Shown: positions 9,501 to 22,669 of the stretch, in pieces
Layout: every line of letters starts with the position of its first letter
How positions within the stretch are numbered: the stretch's first letter is position 1
Source of the DNA: an uncultured Holophagales bacterium
GTDB taxonomy: Bacteria > Acidobacteriota > Thermoanaerobaculia > Multivoradales > UBA5704
Direction: 5' to 3'
DNA: 64,000 bases
Assembly (NCBI GenBank): GCA_963842525.1
Contig: CAWJGT010000004.1
Coordinates: 1-64,000, forward strand
Notes under the pieces: model-generated
Seen by the model: the letters and a program-made list of their open reading frames with translations, nothing else
Told to the model about the DNA's origin: nothing
Database searches by the model: none
Program-made: the position numbers and the translations under genes

Positions 9501-12500
9501 TCGGCCACGGTGTCGAAATTGCCGCGGGCGTCGTAGGTATAGTTGACGGTCGCTCCACCCGGGAAACGTTTGCGGATGATCTGGCCCTGAGCGTTCCGGT
9601 CGTAATGAATGGTTTGGCCTCGGCGGTTGGTATAGGACACCAGATCACCGGCGGAGTTGACCGCGGCCTGCTCGCGGCTGCCGTCTGCATACTCGATGCT
9701 CGCCAGGTTGCCGTCGGCGTCGTATCCGAAGCCGGTTGGGTTCCCTCGCGCGTCGCGCAAGGAGGCTAGGCGGTCGAGATTGCCGTAGGTCAGCCGGGTC
9801 ACGTTGCCTGCGAGGTCGCGAAGCCCTAGCGGGTTGCCGTGGCTGTCATAGGTGAGCATCGCCGGAGAACCGACTGCGTCTTTGAGGCGCGTGGGATTTC
9901 CTGTCGGATCGTAGCCGAGAGCCAGCTTGTGCCCTTCTGAGTCCTCGCTGGCGAGGAGCTGCCCGCGGTGGCCGAAGAGCAGGGTCAGCGAACCGGTTGC
10001 CTCGTCCTGGACTGTAATCGTTCCTTGGGTGTCGTAGGCGTAGGCCAGATGCTCGGCTTTGCCGTCACGCCATTCGCCTGTCAGGCGTCCGAGGTTGTCC
10101 CAATCGAAATAGCGATGCGTGCCGCCTGGGAAGGTGATCGACGCGAGGGCGTGGGCCGCCGCCGGAGAACTGGCCGCGGAACGGTAGGCGTAGGTGGTGG
10201 TGGGGCCGCCTGGCTCTTCGACTTCGAGGAGGTGTTCACCTGTCCCGTCGTAGCTATAGGAGGTGGTGCGGCCTGCCGGGTCCGAGATGCTGTCTATCCT
10301 GCCGCGGGCGTTGTATTGGATCGTGAGGTGATCGCCGTTCGAGTGGGTGATCGAGGTGAGAACACTGCCGGTGTAGGCCATGGTGAGCCGGTTGCCGTTC
10401 GTATCCTCCAGGTAGGCGAGCCGGTTGACGGCGAAGCTGAGGGTGAAGCCGTCTCTCTCCTTCAACAGGTAGCCCTGCCCTGCTCGCATCAGAATCGCGT
10501 GCTCGCCTGCTTCCGCAGAGGAGAAGGTTCCGTTCCCAGCGGAGAGGAAGACCCGCTCCTGTCCCCAGGGCTCCCGGACTGTTACTGACCCATCGGCATC
10601 GACGCGAAGGGAATAGTCGTATATGTGCACCCAGCCCCGGCCCAGGGATCCCAGGCGGAATCGCTGCTCGATGGGCGAGGGAGCGACGCGAAGAAATGCC
10701 AGCGGGAGTCCGGGCGCCGGGTAGAAGGCGTCCAGACTCGCGGCCAGGACAGGGCGGGGAGAGATGCTGGCGGAGGCCTTCGCCAATTCGAAGGAGAAGA
10801 GATCGCGCACCGAATACACAGGCACGGGCAGGCGGCCCTGGGGCGCGACCTGGCTCGGGTCGAGTGCGCCGGGAGCTTCTCGGTAGTGGGCTGCCAGGTA
10901 CGCCGAGGCGGCCGTAAGTGTTGAGAGGTAGTCCGCCCAACTTCCGCCGAGGCGGGTCCGCAGGGTTGACCAGATCGCACTCCATGCGTCATCGGCGAAC
11001 CCTGGCGGCCGAACCTCGCTCTCGATCGGTGCCCAGTTAAGGGGCCTGGCATCCACACGCATGACTTCGAGGCTGAACTGGATCTGGTTGCCTGAAGTCG
11101 CAGAACGGAACTCGATGGGAATCGAGAAGCTCGAACCGGGGGTGAGCACTCCTACCGGGCCGTTCATGTTCAGGCCGAGGACTTGGATAGGGCCGCGGCG
11201 GAACGGCTCGGTGCTCGCGAGGCGCATGGGCACGTTCTGCGGGCTGGTGACGATGAAGAGCGGGGCGCGAATGTCGGACCCGCCCCTGTTGCTGTACTGC
11301 ACCCAGGCTGTGTAGTTGCGGTCGGGTCGCACGTTAGCCGGTGCTTCGAGGGTCGCCACCAAGGCTCCGGCGTTACCGGCAGTTACGTTGAGGCTATCGG
11401 CCAGCGTCGCCGTGCCTCCCACGGGATTGTCGATACGAACGTCATAGAGGCCGGTTGAAACGCCTGTCAGATTGAAGGTCGCATGGATTTGGACGGAGCT
11501 CACGAGCTGTGTGCCCGATGCCGCGATGCCTACGCCTGAAGGCGGGATCAGCAACACCCGGGTGGCGGGCGAGAATCCAGAGCCTATGAGTGTCAGCGTC
11601 GCGTTTCCGGCGTTCGAGACCGTGGAAGGGCTCACGCGATCGAGGTGGAAACCGGGATGGCGGGCGAGGATGGTGAACGGAACCGTGGCCGGTCCGCTGT
11701 GGTGGTAGACCAGGAAGTAATAGGTCTGAGGCTCGCTCGTCGCGGGGAACACCAGGGACTGGTGAGCCCCTCCCGTTTGCGTGCTGTCGTGGGCATCATA
11801 GCGGCCTCTGGAGGGAGGGGCTCCGACTCCGCCGTAGAGCTCGAGGTCGCCGATGGCACCTGTCTGGTCTACTGTCACCAAGAGATCCCGCCCTGCTTGA
11901 CTGGTGACCTTGAAGTAGCGGTAGCGGCTGCTCGGAATGGTCGTTTGCAGAGGTATGCCGAGCGTAAGCTCGACAGCCTCTTCCCCGGGTTCGGGGCCGT
12001 TTTTAAATACCCGGATGTTGTCAACGAAGCCTAAACCTTCACCTGCTGACAGTGAGATGCCCGTATAGGGAGGTGATGTGGGGTCCAAAGCCAGGCTACC
12101 GCGATACTCCCCATCGACCCAGACGTCCACTCGATGACGCAGGTGATCTACTTTGGCCTGAAGGTGGATCCACCGATTAACCAGAGATGTGTAATTGGGC
12201 TCCAGGTTCACATGCTCTTGCCAACCGTAGACACCAGACACTTGCTGTGTCGAGGTTTGCGTAGTGAGGCCTGGCCCAAGACTGAACTCCCCTGGTCCCG
12301 AGCGCAACGTAAATCCAACTTCGCTACTTCCCCATACTCCTCCTTGATCCGGATTGTCAAGGCTCACGGAAATATCATATTCGTGGCAGCCAGTCCTGCC
12401 GGTAGGCGTACCCATGATGTCTGCTGAGAACCAAAGCACATCCTGATAAGGAATCGCATGATAGAGCACGCTTGACCAGCAACCGCCGTTATTATCTATG

Positions 12501-14602
12501 CGGCAGCTTTGGGGCGGCGACACTGACTGTGTACTCGATGCGCTAATGCCTCCGCCAAATCGGTTCTGCCATCCGCCTTGCCCGCCGAGGTTGGAACCGT
12601 TGGCATAGGTGTCGAAGTTATCGAAGAAGATTGTTTCGGACGGTTCTGTGCCCGTGGGCAGGATTCTCACACTACCCGACCGATTACAGGTCTTGTCACC
12701 AGCGGTCACCTTCAGGCTCCATTGGAAGGTGCCTTCCGAGTCGTAGGTGTGCGTCGGGTTCTGGATGGTCGAGGTCGAGCTATCTCCGAAGTCCCAGTGG
12801 TAGGTGACTGGAGTGCCACAGCTAGGGGGTGGGGCGGCGACGCTGAATGGGACGGGAGTGCTGACCGTGGCTTCTGCTGGTACGTTGGCGGCGCAGGTTA
12901 GGGTGCAGGGGCCTCGGGTGAGGCTGAGGGTGTAGTTGCCGGTGTCGGTATTGCCGTAGTCATCGACAAGGAGGGTAAAGGTGCCGTTCACTGGGAGCGT
13001 ACAATCGTCAATCTCAACGGCTCCTCCATTGTGGTACTCCGCGGAGCAGATCAACTGCCCGACCGGATTATAGAGCTCGATGTCTGGATCGAGCGCACCA
13101 GAGGTCACTGCCATGCTTACCATTAACCGTTCACTGATGGTGCCAGAGAAGGTGTAGGCGTCCTTCTCTCCTACCACGCTGATCGTCCTTTGGAGGGCCT
13201 GCCCAAAGGAGAGGGTTGTGGCGTCCCCCGGGTTGTTCAGTCGTTGCAAGTGAAGAGCGTAGGTACCGATGTCGCTGTTTCCGTAATCATCAGCGAGGAG
13301 GGTGTAGGTTCCGCTCGCCGGGAGTGTACAATCGTTGATCTCGACTGCCCCTCCATTGTGGTACTCTGCTGAGCAAATCAACTGGCCCGCCGGACTATAG
13401 AGTTCGATATCCGGATCGAGCGCACCGGAAGCCACGGCCATACCTACCATTATCCGGTCATTTGCAGTGCCAGAGAACGTATAAGCGTCCTTCTCTCCTA
13501 CCTCGTCGATTGTTCTCTGGAGGGTCTGTCCAAAGGCCAGCATTGTGGTAGCCCCGGGGCTGTTCAATCGTTGTAGGTGAAGAGCGTAGGCCCCTGTGTC
13601 GCTGTTTCCGTAGTCATCAGTGAACAGAGTGTAGGCGCCGGCCACCGGGAGCGTGCAATCGTTGATCTCGACAGCCCCTCCATTGTGGTACTCTGCGGAG
13701 CAGATCAACTGACCTGCTGGGCTGTAGAGCTCGATGTCCGGATCGAGCGCACCGGAAGCCACGGCCATGCCCACCATTATCCGGTCACTTGCGGTACCCA
13801 AGAATGTATATACATCCTTCTCACCTACCGCATCGATCGCCCTCTGGAGAGTCTGCCCGAAGGCCAACGTCGTTGTGGCACCTGGGCTGTTCGGTCGCTG
13901 CAGGTGAAGAGCATAGGCTCCTGTATCGCTGTTTCCGTAGTCATCGGCCAGGAGTGTGTAAATGCCGTTTACCGGCAGACTGCAATCGTTGATTTCGACG
14001 GCCCCTCCATTGTGGTATTCCGACGAGCAGATCAACTGGCCCGCCGGGCTGTAGAGCTCGATGTCCGGATCGAGTGCGCCGGAGGCCACGGCCATACCTA
14101 CCATTACCCGATCGCTGGCGTTGCCAGAAAACGTGTAGGCGTCCTTCTCTCCTACCACGCTGATCGTCCTTTGGAGCGTCTGCCCGAAGACGAGCGGCGT
14201 AGTATTCCCCGGATTGTTCAGGCGTTGCAGGTGAAGAGCGTAGGCCCCTGTGTCGCTGTCTCCGTAGTCGTCAGCGTGGAGGGTATAGATGCCGTTCATA
14301 GAGAGCGTGCAATTGTTAATCTCGACGGCCCCTCCATTGTGGTACTCTGCGGAGCAGATCAACTGCCCCTCAGAGTTGTAGAGCTCGATGTCCTGATCAA
14401 GGCCTCCAGAGGTCACCGACATACCCACTATAATCCGATCGTTGGCGACGGCGGAGAAGGTATAGGTATCTACCTCTCCAGAAACTGCAATGCTCCCTGC
14501 GAGCGTCTCGCCGAAGGCAATGACGGTCTGTGGACAGGCCGGGGAGGCGCAAATGATGTGGAAGATTGCTGCGATAACCGGCGGGGCGATGTGGCGTCTC
14601 AT
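6562..14602 (-). CDS. Giant secreted RHS/YD-repeat protein: 5 PPC-like repeats, PKD, lectin-like, PPC, IPT/CARDB-like, YD repeats, RHS core, variable segment, DPNEK domain, two C-terminal VKVLDAC-type repeats (frameshift in C8 tract 8550-8557)
   Basis: Signal-like N-terminus MRRHIAPPVIAAIFHII; WDFGD PKD motif; many YD repeats; RHS core ARHYEARQGRFLSIDP...NLYIYGSNNPSIMIDPLGL in the downstream frame. Confidence 0.9.
12925..14525 (-). repeat. Five intragenic ~330-bp repeats encoding PPC-like beta-sandwich domains
   Basis: LDPDIELYSPAGQLICSAEYHNGGAVEINDC...DDYGNSDTG recurs five times at ~110-aa period. Confidence 0.9.
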
Positions 14603-14976
14603 GGGCGTCCTTCCTGCGCGCTCCAGTTCGGAGCCTGGACGGAGCCCGGGCGAGGCGCTCCGAAGCACCAAAGAGCGCTCAGGCGCCACTCCCCCAAAAG
14701 GCTCAGTAAGGAGCGTCGCCGACGAAAATGCGGGCATCGCCCGGAGTGCCGGGTGGTGGTACCGCGAATCTTCGTCGAAGTTCTTTTCTACACTACACCG
14801 TTTCCGTATGCTCGTCAACTCGCGGTTTTGGGGGAGGAGACAAGGACGTAAAGGACAGCAAGGACAGGCAAGGACGGACACGGACGAGGGCAGGGACGAA
14901 AAGGACCGACACGGACGCGGCAGAAGCTCTATTGCCGCCGATGCGGCGGCGATGGACGAAGCTCGGGGAGTGGGCC

Positions 14977-17320
14977 CTATGCCCTCCCGAAGACTTCGGG
15001 GTGCTCGGTGATTTGGGTTCCCAGGTCGCGGTCGTAGCGGATGACGAGGACTCGGTAGCCTCGGTTCACCAGCTCCCGGCGGAGTTCTTCGTCCCGGGCT
15101 CTTTGGGCGGGCTGGTCGTGGACGGTGCCGTCGCAGAAGAGGTGGAGGTTCGGGGTGTAGAAGAAGTCGGAGATGCAGCCGAGGTCGGGGACGGATTTCT
15201 GGGCTTCGTCGGGGAGGCGGTGGTGGCCGGCGGCCAGGGCGTCTAGGAAACGGCGTTCGAGGTCAGAACGGGCGTCGGTGAGGGAGCGGAGCCCGGCGAG
15301 GTGGGCGGCCCAGTCGCGGCCTCCTTGACGGGGGAGGGTGTGGCTCGCTGTCAAGTCGAGGAGGGTTTGCCTCACGCGATGACGGTCGAGTTGGAGGGCT
15401 TCGTGCTGGTTGTTGAAGCTCATCAGGCATTCGTAGCAGGCGGCCTGGCAGTCGGGTTTCTGGTCGGTCCCCTGATTGTCGAAGTGGCAGCGGGTCAGGG
15501 CTTCCCGGGCGGCTCTGGCGATGGCGTCTGCTTCTTCGACCAGCCGGCGGAGGATTCCGGCTCCTCCTTCGGCGGCTTCGTAGAACAGGATGGCCCGATG
15601 CTCGTCCTGGCCGACTCTCTCGGCGGCGAGCTCGGTCTCTTCGAGCTGGAAGAGCTGCTCGCAGCCTCGCTGGAGAGCGTATTGGAGCGTGGTGACCAGG
15701 CCGGGATCGTTGCGCAGCTCGGGCCGGGTGAAGCGGATGAGGAGGACGTTCTGGGTTCCGTGGACGTAGAGGCGGAGGTTCTCCGTGCGGCGGGGGCGGG
15801 GTGGGTTGTTTCTCGGGGCCTGGGCCGAGGTGCCGACCTCACCGCTTTCGAGGTCGACCAGGAAGCCGGCTGTGACGGGTGCGCCGCGGAAGCCGTGGTT
15901 GATGCGCAGGAGGGTGGCGGCCGGGGCATAGATGAGACGGAGGATGGGGGTGCCGTCGAGGGTGACGTCGGCTTCCTGGGTGCGGGCGGCTCCGCCTTCC
16001 TGGGAGAACTGGAAGCAGGCCTCCAACTCGTAGCCGCGCCGGCGCCGCTCTTCTTCGTCGCAGGTGATGCGTTCGCGCCGGCGGGCGCGGACGTTGGGCA
16101 TCTCCAGAAGGGCGACGATCTGGCTGTTCCCTCCGTCGAAACGGACCTGACAGACCGGGCAGAGGTCGAGCGCGGGCTCGCTGAAGGCACCGCAGGAACG
16201 GCAGAGGCGCAGGGTCCGCCGTCGCTGGTCCAAGCCTCCCGGCGGGGCCTGGAACCCAGAGATCTCCCACTTGGTCCCTTCGTGGTAGAGGAAGTTGCTC
16301 GGCGCGAATTCCCGCAGGGCGAGGAAGCGCGGGCGGACGATGAATTCGCCGTCTCCTCTCGGGACCCAGGCCCGCACGGGGAGGGCCGGGAAGTTGTAGC
16401 CCGGCAGGAAGCCTTCGCTGGCGAGATAGCGGTAGGGATAGAAGTCGCTTTCCTCCCGGGTGACGTCGAACTGCCGCAGGAGGTTCAGTTGACGGAGCGC
16501 TTCCTCATTCTGGGTCCGGGCTTGATCCTGCTCGTCGCGGCGCCGCGCCCGGAGGAGGGCGGTCTGGGCCATCTCGAACTGGCGTTTCGCCGTTCGATAG
16601 AGCTCGCGCCAGCGGTCGAAGGCACGGTCGAATTCCCGGGGTGACTCCTCGATCACACGGTCGATCCAGTCGTCGCTGAACCAGCTTGCCGCCTCGCGCA
16701 GCCTGTCGTCGGAGGCGAGGATCTGTCGCACCTGCTCGTGGAGCTCGTGCCGGGCCGCAGTCCCCAGTTGGATCTGGTGGGCAGGATCGGTGCGCAGGGG
16801 CAGGTCGTCCGCATCGGTATCGATGGTCTGGCCCAGGGGGAGCCGGACCCGGGAGAGCCAGACGGCGTGCACGTGGGCGCGCAGGAGGGCCTCGTTGGCG
16901 AGGTCGAGGCGCGGGGGCCGCACGCTACCCGCGACCATCTCTTCGCGATGCCGAAAGTAGTACTGGTCGTGACTGTTGACTGCGCCGCAATAGGTGAAGA
17001 TGAGGCCCGGCTGCCCCTGGCGGCCGGCCCGGCCGCTGCGCTGGGCATAGTTGGCCGGCGTGGGGGGAGCGTTGCGCAGATGGACCAGGTCCAGGTCGGC
17101 AATGTCCACTCCCAGCTCCATGGTGGGTGAGCAGACCAGGTACGGGAGGCGCCGGCCGAGATCGCTCTCTTTCTCCGCGTCCCTTTCATCCCAACGGAAA
17201 CGGCGTTCGCGGCGCGCCCGCTCTCCGGGCTTGACGATCTGGGCGGTATGCTCCCGTGCTTCGAGCGCAGCGAGCTCCGCGGCGGACTGCTGGTAGAACC
17301 GCTGGAAAAGGCGTTCACCC
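14977..17320 (-). pseudogene. 5'-truncated DEAD/DEAH helicase with DUF1998 (MrfA Zn-binding) and C-terminal DUF559-like domain (DISARM DrmA/B-related)
   Basis: Helicase-C motifs [11 protein letters not shown] and [10 protein letters not shown]; YEAAEGGAG; CQAACYECL; FCDGTVHD; the N-terminal ATPase (Walker A/DEAH) half is missing. Confidence 0.85.
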
Positions 17321-17540
17321 GCGCGGGCGCGCCGCTGTAGCCCTCGCGTGTGGAGCGCCGCACGTAGATCGGATCGGGGGGGCGGCGGCGAGCCGTCGCC
17401 CAGGCGCCACACGATATTTTCTCGATAGAACCAAAAGACTGCAGGGAATCCTCAGGTTAGTTCTTCCATGCCACACGAGGAATCGTGGGGCATCAGTTTA
17501 TGGGGAAAGCAGCCGGGTAGCTCGAAAGCCGCCGCACCTG

Positions 17541-20500
17541 TCAAGTAATAATTCCACCTCCGCCTGGTCCTGTTCGCAGCCACGCCTCAATCACCATTTT
17601 TGCACGCTGAGCATCAACAACATTTAAGCCGAAAATTCTGTCTATATTTCTTGAAAGTGTACGGATATTATCTATACCACCGCTGTTATGCGACATTTTG
17701 TCGAGCATACGTATTGTGACCCGAGTGGCATAATCAACGAGAGGCTTCTCTCGCCATATAGTTGGAATCGAGCTTGCCGCAATCATTAAAGAATCCTCTC
17801 CCCTATCCAGTTCACCGAACCGATCCAAAACGCCGCGCAGAGGCTGGCTGTCGGGGCTCCAATCGCATAATCCGCAAGCCGCGAGAATAGTCCGCGCTGA
17901 AATTGATGTGAATCGATAGTTAAATCCACAGAGACGAGACGTAACAACATCACATTCGTCGCTGCTCCATTACTCCGGCATCTCTCAACCAAAAGCAGAC
18001 CGTCTGCGTCCAGACACGTTGCAAAGATAATTCACTTCTGATATAAATTCCCGTCGCATAGTCATCAGACCACAGCGGAGAATTGCGATCCATTGCTATG
18101 GCGATGCTTTCCGCAGTCGCGGAGCCAAACACGCGCACCAAAGTATCACGCGTCATAGGCTCAATTCGAGCCAAAGATCGCCCTCCAACTACTTCGCAAA
18201 GGGATTCTATTTTGTCTGCGTATTCTGTGGCTTGAGCAGCTCTCTCACGCTCTGCCGCTGGGTCAATCTCCTGCACAATCAGTCGATCATGCTCACCATC
18301 GTAGTTCATGAAAAGGCTTACTCTGGGGTCCTCCACCAAAGACTTCCCTCGTTGCCTAAGGCGTTCTAATGTACCCTCAGAAACGATACAACGTACAGTC
18401 ATCTTAGACAGATCAAAATCGCGAGCCAATATCTTGATAGTGCTAAGTGCCGTTAGGTCCAGTACCACTGCACGCGCAGAGCCAATAACAAAATTTGCGC
18501 GCTTAAATTCTTCGGCTCTTCCATCGACACAATGGACTGCGTGTCGTTGAGAGAAAGCGAGGTACTCTAAGACTCTCGGAATGTCCCCATTGTTCGCTAT
18601 CGAAGCTAAGGCAGCAACCGGAATTCTTCGCTCGTTATAGAGCCTCTCCGCCTCCATTGGACCTTGGGCCAGTTGCCGATGAAGATCAAGAAGCTCATCA
18701 AATTGGTGCTCCTCAGGCAAAGATTCATCACCGATTTTGACATTATCGAAAAATGACTTTCCCGGAAAACGTTGATTCATCTGCTCCATGGACTGATGCA
18801 TCCGGAACAGGATCTTATGCTTGATCTCCACTACAACTGCTGTTTGAGCTCTGACAAATGACACGGGCAGCGTGACACTCTCACCGACTTTCTTGCCAAT
18901 TAAAGCTTGGGCAAGCGCGTGATCAGGTGGGAATTCATCTCGACTGACCTCCGGCTTATCCGAATCCTCGATAACTATCCACTGCAACCCATCTTCCCCC
19001 GGCCTGCGAATGGCGACAGCGCTACCGACTATCACTTCTGAAGGAGCCTCTAGGTTGAGGTCCTTCTTTGACCCACCGAAGCCTAAGATCGAGATGATCA
19101 GAGCACGATGGCTGTTTGGATCATCTGGGTATTGGCGGACAAGTTCGTATGCGATCTCCGACGCGGTTTGTGTCATTCCCTTGAAGTTCAATATCTGGAC
19201 GAGCCGAGCACCGTCTACTACTGTCTTTATCTCTTGAGCCGTCGGATACGATGTCATGTAGGTATCTACAATCTCAGACCAACCCTGCACAACAGCAACG
19301 CTTAAGAGCGCCAAGCGTAGAGGAAGATTACCAGGGCTAGCATCAAGGTACTCTCTAAGCACCGCTTGAGCTATTCTTAGCTCATTGTAGCGAACGAGAA
19401 TCTCCATCTCCATCTCAGCGGCTTCCGGCGCATAGATATGGTTGGCTCGCAACCTCTGACAGTAATCAAGGATCTCGTCGTCCTTGCTGAGCCGTTCTGC
19501 AGCTTGCAGTAGATGGACTGTGTCCTCATTGAAAACAAGAGGTGTACAAATAGAAAGCCAGATTGGGAAAGCCTGCTCCGCTAGCTGAAGTCGGCTAAGC
19601 AGCATCGCCATTTCACGCCTGAGGGCCAGATTATTTGTGTCGTTTAGTAGAGTAGCAGTCTCCTTTGCCTCTATCTTAGCCTCGTCTTGTTGGTCCATCC
19701 AGAGCAATGCCCACGATCTAATGATTCCCCTCTCAACAGATTCCGCAGCGCAGTCCTCGAGCGTCTTGGCCGTCTCATCGGTCAGTGCCCCAGAAAGGTA
19801 GATGGAGTATGCCGTCCTCCGTAGGTATTCGATACGTACCTCGGGACTCTCGTGGTCAAGATCACTCAACCCCTCCTGAAGTAAGGGGAGGATTTGTTTC
19901 CTCTCCTCATCACCTCCCGATTCGGAAAGTGCCATGGTTAGGAGCAATCTATTCCTTGGAATCGGATTGTTCTTGAATAATTCCCTCGCTGCGTTTAGCG
20001 CACTTGTAACCTCGCCCCGTCGTAAAGCCTCCATAATGAACGCAACACCGAAGTTTTCATCGGATGGTTCTCTCTCGTATGCGGAGCGAAAGTCGGCAAG
20101 AGCTTGGTTCTCATCCTTGAGAAGGCTGGATGCCAGCCCTCTGTTGAAATAGGCAGCCGCGATGAGGCCGGCGGGCGAATCCTGTGAACTTATTGTCTCG
20201 GTAAAATGGCTGCGCGCTTCCCGCACTAAGTCAGGGTTGCTCGGTAGAAGAAGCATACCCTCTTGCAGTCCTGCGGGGAGGCCCTGCTGGAGTAGAGCAG
20301 CTCCGAGCGAAAAATGAAGAGTTGGGGAAGCGTCCTTAACTTGCCGCAGTACTCTTTCAGCTTCGCCGGGATTGTTCGCCTTCATCGCTCTCTCAGCAAG
20401 CGATAAGGCAATGTTGGGGTTCGATCTGAGTACATCAGGAACAGAATTGATCAGTTCTCCATATGGCAGGTCCTCCGGAGTGCTCTGCAGTCGAACTATC

Positions 20501-21804
20501 TGTGCCCGCTCGTTCATAGGATTTCGAGAACATGACTCGGATGCCAGAACATATGCCTTCTCGGTATTTCCGCTTAATAGGTGGCCGTGGGCTGCGATAC
20601 TGAGTGCCTGGTCGTCGTCCTGTGGCTGATACGTGGCAGCCTCAAGAAAAGCGAGGGCCGCACCTCGCTCATCTCCTTTGCGGAGGTAGCCGTTGCCCAA
20701 ATTAGCTAGAACTCTGAACCGTTCGCGGGGTTTCAAAATGTCCCATCTGTTTCGTTTCAATTTATCGAGGAGGGCTAAGGCCACGTCGGGTTTTCCCTCT
20801 GTGATGTGCCGAGCAGCCTCATCTATTTCAGCATGGAAATCCCCTCCTACTACCTGATAGTTGGTTACCATATCAGGTGCGGCATGGACCGTCGACGCTG
20901 ATACATGGGGTGTAGAGTACAGATCGGCGGCCAGGTTTGGATTTTCCTTAAGGATCTCCTCTATGTCCTGCCAAGCATAGATGTAGACATCGAAAAGGCC
21001 CTCATCCTTATGGGCCTGGCCGATACGTGCCGCATGGAGTTGAAGCGCTGGATCACTATCAGCAGTAGTCACTATATAGAACTCATTCAGAGGAGGATGG
21101 AACGTTTTTGCCAGTTCGATTGCCTGATTCATCGCTGGAACCGTCATGCTAGTTCCTGTGCTTTTGAACTTGCATTCGATCCCGATATTGCCGCCCGGGG
21201 TGAGATAGACCAGATCCACGCCAGATTGGCTATGGTCACTGAAAGCAACCGCCGCTAATTGCGGCAGGTCGAGATGCACACGAAATACCTTCAAGCAAAA
21301 AGTCGCAAAGCTCGCTCCATTTTCAGGTTTCAAATATGTGAAGCTTTGGGTCGGCACTATGAAGTCTTCCGGGGACGCTTGGTTGGCTCTCATCTCTTTC
21401 AACAGCGAGAGCACTCCACCGGCCCAGTCCTCGTAGAGCCTCACGGCTTGAAGGTCTTGTAGAGTTTCACCTCCACCGATTGAGCGGTCAGGGATATCGC
21501 ATGGTCCAAGGAGGACAGGGATAAGCCAGGGTCGATCAGTGTGTCTACGACGTAACTCTTCTATGGCAATAGTAATTTCTTCATTCATATGAGTTGAGTC
21601 ACGAGCATGGTATTCAGGAGAGAAGCAGGCGAGAAAGAACCCTCCTGCCCTAATCCCTCTCCGTATTTCGTCCTTCCACCGTACGCCCGGACTTAGATCC
21701 TTTAGGTCAAACCAAACATCAAGGCCGCCGGCAGTGAGTTGATCTGCGAGCCTCTGCACGGCCTCCCGGTTTTCTCGAACATAGGATATGAATACCTTGG
21801 TCAT
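17541..21804 (-). CDS. TIR - restriction-endonuclease-like - TPR - GreA/B-C - PIN multidomain conflict protein (C-terminal frameshifts near 17960 and 17830)
   Basis: TIR KVFISYVREN...HMNEEI; PD-(D/E)xK GVDL...IECKFK; TPR repeats; GreAB-C ALAQALIGKKVGESV; PIN VVLDLTAL...LWSDD; AT-richer than the host. Confidence 0.8.
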
Positions 21805-21826
21805 AGCGTACCTAAATCTTCTTGTC

Positions 21827-22012
21827 CTAGTCCTCAATCCCCAGATACGCCCGTAGTGCCCGCCGGATCACTTCGGCCTTTGAGGTGCGCTCCTTCTTTG
21901 CCCGCTCGGCGAGCGCTTCGGCCTCATCATGGTGCAGGTAGCTGATCTCCCGCCAGAGTCCCCGGCTGGTAGCGGGCTTACGAGTCTTGGGTGCTTCCTC
22001 CCGTTTCGTCAT
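21827..22012 (-). CDS. Ribbon-helix-helix (CopG-like) protein
   Basis: ISYLHHDEAEALAERAKKERTSKAEVIRRALRAYL; co-oriented directly upstream of the TIR gene. Confidence 0.8.
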   Translation of the reverse strand: MTKREEAPKTRKPATSRGLWREISYLHHDEAEALAERAKKERTSKAEVIRRALRAYLGIED

Positions 22013-22193
22013 GTGGGGGAGGATATAGAAGTGCTCTACCTACTATGGTTCTACAATGAACATACTGTGTGCCCACGGAGTAGAATTGCTCCCGCACACG
22101 CGGGGAGAGCGCATCTCCCCAGACCACGGAAGCGGCCCTGAGCGCAGCTAGCGACTACGCCCGGAGCCTTGCCAAGCATGGAGGAGAGCCTCC

Positions 22194-22604
22194 ATGCCTG
22201 ACCAAGAGCAGCCTACTCCAGCCCCTATCCCCCGCCTTGACCCCGCACTGGGGGAGGAGCACGAGGGATTCCGCGAAACGCTCCTCCGGCACTTCACCGA
22301 ATCCGAGGCCAACACCACGCTCCGAGGTCTTGGCCGGCTCCTCTTTAATTTCTCGCTTGAGAACCCCGAGGGCTGGCCGCAGGACCCGGCGGGAGAGACC
22401 CGCTCCGAGCTACGGGCCGCCTTGGCCGATCTGCGCCACCTCCAAGGCTTCCTCGCTTCTGTCGGCAGAGAGCATGTGGTCTCGTTCCTCGCCCCAGGAG
22501 ACGAGGCGCTCTCTCTGTTCGCCGAGCGACAGGCTATCGAGGTGGGCAGGATCGCTGACCAGATCGAGGAGGAGATCGACAGAGGGCAGCCCGCCGCTGG
22601 ATAA
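22194..22604 (+). CDS. Hypothetical helical protein divergent from the RHH gene
   Basis: SD GGAGG upstream; 136-aa protein-like composition. Confidence 0.65.
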   Translation: MPDQEQPTPAPIPRLDPALGEEHEGFRETLLRHFTESEANTTLRGLGRLLFNFSLENPEGWPQDPAGETRSELRAALADLRHLQGFLASVGREHVVSFLAPGDEALSLFAERQAIEVGRIADQIEEEIDRGQPAAG

Positions 22605-22669
22605 GACGGCGAGGGGGCGGCTCGGCAAAAGAGAGTTGCCCCCTCCTCCACCTCGCGTTGCACGGAGCG

